From Oscillospiraceae bacterium (GTDB lineage: Bacteria > Bacillota > Clostridia > Oscillospirales > CAG-272): a stretch of 64,000 nucleotides of DNA. The notes under the pieces were generated by a model. The model was not told the DNA's origin. It did no database searches and worked only from the letters and a program-made list of their open reading frames with translations. The position numbers were made by a program, and so were the translations under genes. Each line of letters begins with the position of its first letter. Positions within the stretch are counted from its first letter, which is position 1. The stretch is from contig SVQN01000003.1 of assembly GCA_015065295.1 (NCBI GenBank), positions 1,735 through 65,734 on the forward strand, given 5' to 3'. Of this stretch, positions 45,592 through 52,855 are shown in pieces.

Positions 45592-45600
45592 GAGATTTTG

Positions 45601-45644
45601 TATACTAATTGTATCATATATATGATATTTAGTCAACTAAAAGA
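45601..45644 (+). repeat. Direct repeat / candidate operator, copy 2 (downstream of the XRE gene)
   Basis: GTATACTAATTGTATCATATATATGATATTTAGTCAACTAAAAG. Confidence 0.6.
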
Positions 45645-45734
45645 AAACTATTGGATGGACTTGTAGGGAGTGGTACTTTCGACACAAATATTGATTACGG
45701 AAAACGATCTGTAAACAAGCCGAACGCTACCCTT

Positions 45735-46050
45735 TGTCATTCCGAGGACTTATCTCTATAAATTATAGCTGAAGTTCTTGTCCGAGGAATCTTTGCACTC
45801 CCCTGTGTCAGCCGTAAGAGATGTCTGTGGTTATCATACAGTTTTAGCTCCAGAGGTTACACTTTGTTATAACAAATAGTTTGCTGTTCCTATATTGGTA
45901 CACAATGTTTATAAGGACAAAGTTGAACCTCTGAAGCTGAAATTTTATCACAACCACGGACATTTTTTACGGCTGACACAGGGGAGTGCAAAGATTCCTC
46001 GGACAAGAACTTCAGTTGTAATTTATAGAGATAAGTCCTCGGAATGACAA
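45735..46050. repeat. 316-bp near-perfect palindrome (unique family in this window)
   Basis: The outer ~84-bp arms TTGTCATTCCGAGGACTTATCTCTATAAATTA..GCTGAAGTTCTTGTCCGAGGAATCTTTGCACTCCCCTGTGTCAGCCGTAA are repeated in inverse at 45967-46050 with about 3 mismatches. The inner arms are more diverged, and the centre is near 45892. Confidence 0.9.
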
Positions 46051-46235
46051 CGTTGAGTGCGAGGGGAAAGTTTAACTTATCTTCCGTTCGTTATGACAAA
46101 GGGAAATTGAAGGGTATAGAAATCCATCGAACTTACGTTATTTTATAAAATTTCCCCGAAATCGGTAGATTCTGCGCGGGTTCTGTGGTATAATATCCCC
46201 ATCATTTATTTATGTACTGCGAAAGGATTCCATTT

Positions 46236-49193
46236 ATGGCTATCAATATCAAAAGCAGCGCGGAACTCGCCCCCAATCCCGCGTACGAACTGATGTATGA
46301 AGAATACCTCGACGACATCAAGGCTGCCGGTATTGTGCTCCGTCACAAAAAGTCCGGTGCGCGCGTCTGCGTTCTCTCCAACGACGACGAGAACAAGATG
46401 TTCTGCGCCGCATTCCGTACCCCGCCGGAAAATTCCACCGGCGTGCCGCACATCATTGAACACACCGTTCTCTGCGGCTCCAAAAATTATCCCTCCCGCG
46501 ATCCGTTCATGCAGCTGGCGAAGGGTTCGCTCAATACCTTCCTCAACGCGATGACCTACGCGGACAAGACCCTCTATCCCGTCGCGTCCTGCAACGACAA
46601 GGACTTCAACAACCTTATGAACGTCTACATGGATGCGGTCTTCTATCCGAACATCTACAAATACCGTCAGATCTTCATGCAGGAAGGCTGGCACTACGAA
46701 ATGGAAGACGCGGACAGCGATCTCGAAATCAACGGCGTCGTTTACAGCGAAATGAAGGGCGCGACCTCTTCTCCGGAAAGCGCGATCTGGGATGCGCTCG
46801 GCAAGGCGATCTTCCCGGACAACACCTACGGCGTGAACTCCGGCGGCGATCCGAAGGTGATTCCCGAGCTGACCTACGAATACTACCTCGACTTCCACCG
46901 CCGCTTCTATCATCCGTCCAACTCCTACATCTTTGTATACGGGAACTGCGACATGGATGAACGTCTGGCGTGGATGGACGAAAACTATCTCTCCTCCTTT
47001 GACGAAATTACCCCGAATTCCGAAATCCCCTGCCAGAAGCACTTCGGTTCTCCGGAACCCAAGCGGATTACTGAAAAGTACTCCATCGGCGCGGAAGACG
47101 ATCCGGAAGGAAAGGCATACTTTGCGTTTGCGGCTCTCTGCGGCTCCAACCTCGACATTCTCGACTGCCGTGCATGGGGCATTCTCTCCGACGTGCTGAT
47201 TTACTCTCCCGGCGCACCCGTCAAGCAGGCACTTCTCGACGCGGGCATCGGTCAGGACGTATTCGGCGGCTACGATACCCACATGATCGAGGACGATTTC
47301 TCCGTCATCGTCAAGAATGCGAAGGCGGAAGACCTCGACAAGTTCTACAATATTGTCATTGACACGCTGAAAAAGCAGGTCGAAGAAGGCATTTCCGAAA
47401 AGGCACTGCTGGCGTGCATCAACCGCGACGAATTCTATTTCCGCGAAGCCGATTACGGCGGAAGCCCGCGCGGTCTGGACTACGCGATCACGATGCTCCA
47501 GTCGTGGCTGTACGACGATGACGCGGCGTTCGCTTATATGCACTTCCTGAACGACTGTGCGGAACTCAAGGCGCGCATCGGCACCGGCTACTACGAAAAC
47601 CTCATCAGGAAGTACATCCTTGAATCCGACCACTGTGTTCTGATCGAATCCCTGCCGGAACCCGGTCTGGTGGAAAAGGAAAACGAAGCCCTGAAGAAGC
47701 AGCTTGCGGACTACAAGGCATCGCTGACGAAGGAAGAAATCGACCACATCGTCGAAGAAACGAAGCTGCTCCGCGAATATCAGGAACACGAGCCGACCGA
47801 AGAAGAGCTGAACTGCATCCCGTCGCTCAGGAGAACCGATATTCCGCGCGAAACCGTACCGTTCTACAATGAAGAACGCACAGTCGGCGGCGCGAAGACG
47901 GTTTACCACGACATCGAAACGAACGGCATCACCTACCTGAACATCCTGTTCGACGTGAACGGTCTGCCGAAGGAATACATCCCCTACGTCGGTCTGCTCG
48001 GCGCGATTCTCGGCAAGGTGGACACGGCGGATCACAGCTATGCCGATCTCGTCATGGACATCAAGCTGAACACCGGCAGTCTGTCCTTCGGCGCACCGAC
48101 CTACCGCATCCACGGTACGCAGGACGAATTCCGTCCGATGTACGGTCTGTACACGAAGATGCTCGCCGACAAGGTGGACTTTGCGCTTGAAACGGCGGCG
48201 GAAATCATCACGTCCTCGAAGTTTGAAGACACCAAGCGTCTGCGCGAAATTATCGGCGAAGTGAAGTCGGGCAAGCAGCGCGGCATCATGGGCAGCGGCC
48301 ATTCCGTCGGCATTGCGCGCGCAACGTCGTATTTCTCGAAGGCGGCGTGCTATCAGGAACTGCTGTCCGGTCTGGATTACTACTTCTTCCTCTGCGATCT
48401 GCACGCGAACTTTGACGAAAAGGCGGACGAAATCACCGCGAAGCTGCGTGAAGTGACGAACTACATCTTCAATCCGGAACGCATGATCGTGAGCCTTGCG
48501 GCGGATGACGCGGGCTATGCGGCGGTGGAAGCGGCACTTCCGGCGTTCATGGACAAGTGCGCGGGTCTGGAACGGAAATATCTCGGTGAGGCGGCAGTCT
48601 TTGTTCCGGAAAAGAAGAACGAAGGCGTTATGATTCCGTCGCAGGTACAGTATGTCTGCCGCGCGGGCAATCTGATGGCGGCGGGTATCGAATACACCGG
48701 CGCGATGCAGGTTGTACGGACGGCGGTCAACTACGACTACCTGTACCAGAACATCCGCGTCAAGGGCGGCGCGTACGGCTGCGGCTGCGGTTTTGCGGGC
48801 GACAGCGGCAACGCACACTTCCACAGCTACCGTGACCCGAACCTTGCGGCGACCGAAAAGGTTTACGAAGGCACCGGCGATTACGTCCGCAATCTGAATC
48901 CGGACGAAACGGAGCTGACGAAGTACATCATCGGCACGTTCTCCGGCTACGAACGTCCGATCTCCCGTTACGGCAAGATGGCGCGTTCGTTTGACGCCTA
49001 CATTACCGGCAACACCTACGAAGACGTTCTCCGCCGCCGTGCGGAAATGCTCGACATCACCGCAGAACAGTTTGCGGCAGTCGGCGACGCATTCGACGCC
49101 ATCCTCGCACAGGGCTGCCTCTGCGCGGTCGGCAACGAAAAGAACATCGCCGACAACAAGGATATGTTCGACAATCTGATCAGTGTGAATTGA
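46236..49193 (+). CDS. M16-family (pitrilysin/PreP-like) zinc metallopeptidase
   Basis: 985 aa from the ATG at 46236 (AAAGGA RBS). The inverted zinc motif is 'HIIEHTVLCGS' (HxxEH), with 'NAMTYADKTLYPV'. Confidence 0.88.
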   Translation: MAINIKSSAELAPNPAYELMYEEYLDDIKAAGIVLRHKKSGARVCVLSNDDENKMFCAAFRTPPENSTGVPHIIEHTVLCGSKNYPSRDPFMQLAKGSLNTFLNAMTYADKTLYPVASCNDKDFNNLMNVYMDAVFYPNIYKYRQIFMQEGWHYEMEDADSDLEINGVVYSEMKGATSSPESAIWDALGKAIFPDNTYGVNSGGDPKVIPELTYEYYLDFHRRFYHPSNSYIFVYGNCDMDERLAWMDENYLSSFDEITPNSEIPCQKHFGSPEPKRITEKYSIGAEDDPEGKAYFAFAALCGSNLDILDCRAWGILSDVLIYSPGAPVKQALLDAGIGQDVFGGYDTHMIEDDFSVIVKNAKAEDLDKFYNIVIDTLKKQVEEGISEKALLACINRDEFYFREADYGGSPRGLDYAITMLQSWLYDDDAAFAYMHFLNDCAELKARIGTGYYENLIRKYILESDHCVLIESLPEPGLVEKENEALKKQLADYKASLTKEEIDHIVEETKLLREYQEHEPTEEELNCIPSLRRTDIPRETVPFYNEERTVGGAKTVYHDIETNGITYLNILFDVNGLPKEYIPYVGLLGAILGKVDTADHSYADLVMDIKLNTGSLSFGAPTYRIHGTQDEFRPMYGLYTKMLADKVDFALETAAEIITSSKFEDTKRLREIIGEVKSGKQRGIMGSGHSVGIARATSYFSKAACYQELLSGLDYYFFLCDLHANFDEKADEITAKLREVTNYIFNPERMIVSLAADDAGYAAVEAALPAFMDKCAGLERKYLGEAAVFVPEKKNEGVMIPSQVQYVCRAGNLMAAGIEYTGAMQVVRTAVNYDYLYQNIRVKGGAYGCGCGFAGDSGNAHFHSYRDPNLAATEKVYEGTGDYVRNLNPDETELTKYIIGTFSGYERPISRYGKMARSFDAYITGNTYEDVLRRRAEMLDITAEQFAAVGDAFDAILAQGCLCAVGNEKNIADNKDMFDNLISVN

Positions 49194-49210
49194 ATGAGAT
49201 GAAGTTTTTC

Positions 49211-49270
49211 GTGGGGAGAACCTTTTTGAGGAAAAGGTTCTCCCCACACCCCACTCCAAAACCTTTTTGG
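49211..49270 (+). repeat. H1 hairpin-plus-tail repeat
   Basis: GTGGGGAGAACCTTTTTGAGGAAAAGGTTCTCCCCAC followed by ACCCCACTCCAAAACCTTTTTGG. Confidence 0.85.
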
Positions 49271-49308
49271 AGAAGGAATTTTGACAGGGAAAGTGCAGAG
49301 TTATTATA

Positions 49309-49956
49309 ATGAAAAGAAATATTATGAAGTTTAAGTCGCTGGCGTTGGTACTGGCGTTGGTTCTGCCGCTTCTGGGGCTGACGTTTGCCGGATGTACGGC
49401 GCAGGATGCCGTGGACATTGCGGCGAGTGTGGCGGAAGTCGCGCTGGAAGTGATGGAAGAGGCAGATGCGGCGGATGAATCCCCGGCGGATGTGGCGGAA
49501 CTTCCGGAGGAAGAACCGGAGCCGGAACCGATCCCGGAGGAATTGCCGGAGGAAGAACCTGTTCCCGAACCTGAGCCGGAGCCGATTCCCGAACCGGAAG
49601 AGCCGGCGATTGACGAAAACGGATCGTATGACGATCGGGACAGCGTTGCGCTGTACATTTATACTTACGGAAAGTTGCCGCCGAACTATATTTCCAAGGC
49701 AGACGCGCAGGATCTCGGCTGGGAAGGCGGTTCCGTGGAACGGTATGCGCCGGGGAAGTGCATCGGCGGATCGAAATTCGGTAATTATGAGGGGCTTCTC
49801 CCGAAGAAGAGCGGACGGCAGTATTACGAATGCGACATTGACACGCTGGGCGAAAGCTCGCGCGGTGCGAAGCGGATCGTGTACTCGAACGACGGGTTGA
49901 TCTACTACACGGATGACCATTACGAATCGTTTACGCTGCTGTACGGGGAAGAATAA
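49309..49956 (+). CDS. Barnase-family (N1/T1/Sa-type) extracellular ribonuclease, lipoprotein with a Pro/Glu-rich linker
   Basis: 215 aa with the lipobox 'LTFAGC' and the linker 'ELPEEEPEPEPIPEELPEEEPVPEPEPEPIPEPEEP'. The C-terminal domain aligns with barnase: 'YGKLPPNYISKADAQDLGW', 'PGKCIGGSKFGNYEGLLPKKSGRQYYECDI', 'RIVYSNDGLIYYTDDHYESF'. Confidence 0.88.
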   Translation: MKRNIMKFKSLALVLALVLPLLGLTFAGCTAQDAVDIAASVAEVALEVMEEADAADESPADVAELPEEEPEPEPIPEELPEEEPVPEPEPEPIPEPEEPAIDENGSYDDRDSVALYIYTYGKLPPNYISKADAQDLGWEGGSVERYAPGKCIGGSKFGNYEGLLPKKSGRQYYECDIDTLGESSRGAKRIVYSNDGLIYYTDDHYESFTLLYGEE

Positions 49957-49983
49957 AATTTAAAAGAAATTTCAAAAAATGTA

Positions 49984-50012
49984 TTGACAAACGGGTGCGC
50001 GTGTGCTATAAT
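49984..50012 (+). promoter_or_regulatory. Consensus sigma-A promoter of the tRNA cluster
   Basis: TTGACA-17 nt-TATAAT, ~30 nt upstream of tRNA-Gly. Confidence 0.7.
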
Positions 50013-50042
50013 AATCAAGCGTTAAGTGAGCGTACCCAATAC

Positions 50043-50113
50043 GCGGGTGTAGTTCAGTGGTAGAATTCCAGCCTTCCAAGCTGGTTATGTGGGTTCGATT
50101 CCCATCACCCGCT
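50043..50113 (+). tRNA. tRNA-Gly (anticodon UCC)
   Basis: Acceptor GCGGGTG/CACCCGC; anticodon arm CCAGC-cTTCCaa-GCTGG; T-loop TTCGATT; no encoded CCA. Confidence 0.9.
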
Positions 50114-50139
50114 TCTCCACGAAAACTGGAGATTCCTAT

Positions 50140-50216
<77 letters not shown>

Positions 50217-50349
50217 TCGCCTCACTAAGGCGAACCGGAGCAGACCGATTACGGAATGCTTTCGGGATTCCGCTTGCACCGGGATGTAATCATGTCCCTG
50301 AAACGTGTGCGGCGTTCTTATACGCTGTGGATTTATCCCAGCGATTCAC

Positions 50350-50424
50350 GGTGGACGTAGCTCAGTTGGTTAGAGCGCCAGGTTGTGGCCCTGGAGGTCG
50401 TGGGTTCGACTCCCATCGTTCACC
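50350..50424 (+). tRNA. tRNA-His (anticodon GUG) with encoded G-1
   Basis: An extra 5' G precedes the acceptor GTGGACG/CGTTCAC; anticodon arm CCAGG-tTGTGgc-CCTGG; T-loop TTCGACT. Confidence 0.9.
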
Positions 50425-50431
50425 CTTCCAA

Positions 50432-50457
50432 AGATCGTACATGTACGGTCTTTTTTC
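50432..50457 (+). terminator. Intrinsic terminator after the tRNA cluster
   Basis: AGATCGTACATGTACGGTCT followed by TTTTTT. Confidence 0.65.
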
Positions 50458-50487
50458 TTGCTTCCGGCATCCGTGTTTTGTTTTCCG

Positions 50488-50517
50488 AATAAAAAACAGG
50501 AGTACAGCGTACTCCTG
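50488..50517 (-). terminator. Intrinsic terminator of the Cys-rich protein gene
   Basis: On the minus strand: CAGGAGTAC-gct-GTACTCCTG followed by TTTTTTATT. Confidence 0.7.
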
Positions 50518-50544
50518 TCGGGGGATGGAATATTGGGTGCCGGA

Positions 50545-50817
50545 TTATTTTTCCTTTCCGGTGAGGATGCCGAACCATGCGGCGTGCATTTCCGTGAGAA
50601 ATTCTTTGGTGATGGGATAGCCGGAACTTTCGCCGAGAACGGCATCCACACCACAGTGCGGGCAAAGAGCGGTTCCTGTTTTGTCGCTGATCCATTTTGT
50701 GATTTCTGCGGGGGAGTAGATGTTCAGACAATAAAAGCAGCCGCAGATTTTGTCATGAGAGAGAGCTTCACGATGATTGGTACAGAATCCGTGAGCGTTT
50801 TTTAAGGTTTCGTTCAT
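50545..50817 (-). CDS. Small Cys-rich (zinc-ribbon-like) cytoplasmic protein of unknown function
   Basis: 90 aa from the ATG at 50817 (GGAGGTA RBS). 'CTNH...CGCFYCLNIY...CPHCGVD' provides up to six Cys/His ligands. Confidence 0.65.
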   Translation of the reverse strand: MNETLKNAHGFCTNHREALSHDKICGCFYCLNIYSPAEITKWISDKTGTALCPHCGVDAVLGESSGYPITKEFLTEMHAAWFGILTGKEK

Positions 50818-50904
50818 TGAAAATACCTCCGTGAATGTCCTCATGCAAAACAGATTTATATTTTGGAATACCATGAAGGGGTACGGCGTACTCCTTTTTT
50901 CGGA

Positions 50905-51924
50905 TTATTGACGGTACAGTTCGTCAAGATTGTAAGAGATTATTTCCGCATCCGGTGAAGTTTGTTCGAAGAACGCGGTCAGTGCATCGTACAGTTCCGT
51001 GAACCGTTCGCGGGAGATGCCGAAATTCTGCACAAATTCCGCGATACTCCAGTTTTCCGGAGAGGTATAGCCGTGACCGGTCATCCATACGGTGTAGGTT
51101 TCCGCGTCAATTTCCCGGGTCAGGGCAAGTTTCAGCTCGGATTCAAAGGATGTAGTCCCGCTTTGCGGCGCAGCTTCTTCAACAACACATTCTTCGACCG
51201 CTTCCTCAACAACACATTCCTCGACGACCTCTTCTTCGATCAGGTCTTCCGCAGGTGCTTCTTCCGCGACCGCTTCCTCAACAACCGCTTCCTCAACGAT
51301 CGCATCTTCCGCGACCGGTTCTTCGGCAGTCGGTGCGGGAGCCATCATGACCATCGGAGCTTCCGGTTCGGGAACTTCGGCGGAATCTACGTCATCCATA
51401 ACCTCTTCCGCTTCAATTGCCGCAGAATATGCCGCCGCAGCCGCCGGTTCTTCTATTATGATTTCATCTTCGGCTTCCTCCGGAGTTGCATCCGTTGTGG
51501 TGCTGTCGGTCAGAACCGCTTTGTACAGGAAGGGGGCACCGTTTTTCGTACCGCCTGCCGCTGCCTGCGTTTCCGCGGAAGTTTCTTCCATCGGGGATTC
51601 CGGCGCGGCTCCGTCGGTATAAGCCATATCTGCCGTGAACATTGCGTTTTCGGTTTCCATGACGGCATCCTTGGTCATCATCGGAAGTACGCGGAATCCG
51701 AGAGTCACGAGGAGGACGAAGCACGCCGCGATGCTGCCGTATTTTACAAACCGGTTCCGGAATGCAGGCGTGAGAATTTTCGCTTTTTTCCGGGATTGTG
51801 CCGCTTCTGCCGTGACCTGTGCCATGACAGCGGCGTGAATGTCCTTTTTGGGGGACGGGTATGCCTCCGCGATGAGCCGCTTGTACTCGGCATCGGAGGC
51901 ATTCTGCAAATTATGATCCATCAT
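50905..51924 (-). CDS. Putative anti-sigma factor (single-pass membrane protein with acidic repeats)
   Basis: 339 aa, immediately downstream of the ECF sigma gene. The TM helix is 'YGSIAACFVLLVTLGFRVL'. The extracytoplasmic part has 'EEAVVEEAVAEEAPAEDLIEEEVVEECVVEEAVEECVVEE'. No zf-HC2 motif was seen, so the call is by position only. Confidence 0.55.
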   Translation of the reverse strand: MMDHNLQNASDAEYKRLIAEAYPSPKKDIHAAVMAQVTAEAAQSRKKAKILTPAFRNRFVKYGSIAACFVLLVTLGFRVLPMMTKDAVMETENAMFTADMAYTDGAAPESPMEETSAETQAAAGGTKNGAPFLYKAVLTDSTTTDATPEEAEDEIIIEEPAAAAAYSAAIEAEEVMDDVDSAEVPEPEAPMVMMAPAPTAEEPVAEDAIVEEAVVEEAVAEEAPAEDLIEEEVVEECVVEEAVEECVVEEAAPQSGTTSFESELKLALTREIDAETYTVWMTGHGYTSPENWSIAEFVQNFGISRERFTELYDALTAFFEQTSPDAEIISYNLDELYRQ

Positions 51925-51995
51925 AAATACTTCAAAACCACCATATATGTTATAAAACGTCTGAAATAAGGGTTTGTCAAAACTTTCTCTACCCC

Positions 51996-52670
51996 TTAGA
52001 CGTCATGAGACGGGAAAAAGTTCCCGTTTTTTAAGATTTTTTTAAGATTTGTCCGACCGCGGTTGATGCGGGATTTGATCGTGCCGACTTCCGCGCCGAG
52101 AATGCGGGAGATTTCGTCGTAGGGCAGACCGTGGATGTCGCGGAGGACGATGGCCTGACGCTGGTCGTCCGGGAGGGATTCCACCGCGCGCCGTACCGCT
52201 TCGATGGTTTCCCGGCGTTCTGCCGCTTCTTCGGGGATTTCGTCGCCGGAGGTCACGGGAACGTCCCAGATTTCGGGTTCCTCGTCGTCATCCTCCGACC
52301 GTGTCAGCGAGACGACCGGACGCCGTGCGTTTGTCCGGATGACGTCCCGCGCGGTGTTGACCGTCACGCGGAACAGCCACGTCGAGAAGCTGCACTCTCC
52401 GCGGAAGGTCGAGATTGACCGCCACGCCTTGATGAGCGAGTCCTGCGCGATATCGTCCGCGTCCGCGACGGACAGTCCCGATGCCGTCAGTACGCGGCAG
52501 GCGGTGTTGTAGACGAACCGTTCATAGCAGGTCACGATCTCCGAGAATGCGTCCGTGTCCCCCGATTTTGCCCGCTTTACCAGTGCATCCACATTTTTAT
52601 CCGGTGCGTGCAGCTCTTCCGGAGGTGCCTGCGGTTCCACCGAAAGCATATCAATTAATAAGGTAAACAT
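51996..52670 (-). CDS. ECF-type RNA polymerase sigma-70 family factor
   Basis: 224 aa. Region 2 is 'DAFSEIVTCYERFVYNTACRVL...AQDSLIKAWRSISTFRGECSFSTWLFRVTVN'. Region 4 is 'LPDDQRQAIVLRDIHGLPYDEISRILGAEVGTIKSRINRGR'. The start codon is uncertain. Confidence 0.85.
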   Translation of the reverse strand: MFTLLIDMLSVEPQAPPEELHAPDKNVDALVKRAKSGDTDAFSEIVTCYERFVYNTACRVLTASGLSVADADDIAQDSLIKAWRSISTFRGECSFSTWLFRVTVNTARDVIRTNARRPVVSLTRSEDDDEEPEIWDVPVTSGDEIPEEAAERRETIEAVRRAVESLPDDQRQAIVLRDIHGLPYDEISRILGAEVGTIKSRINRGRTNLKKILKNGNFFPSHDV

Positions 52671-52855
52671 CGGTTGTTCTTTATATCCTGTATGTTTTGA
52701 TTTTATTTTATTCCTTTAATTATTATAGCATCCCCCTGCGGAAAAGTCAATCGAATCTGTATGTTTTATACTTGACAAATTTACTTGTGTAGTGTATAAT
52801 GAAGAAAAAATGACATTCGCAAAACGTAAAATATAGAACAAAGGAGGAAATGGAT

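Noticed and set aside
46206-49658. A 1150-aa ORF antisense to the M16 peptidase and barnase genes.
   Set aside because: The reasoning is the same. The sense strand encodes an unmistakable HxxEH peptidase and a barnase domain, while the antisense product is Arg/Val/Ala-rich nonsense spanning two genes and an intergenic repeat.
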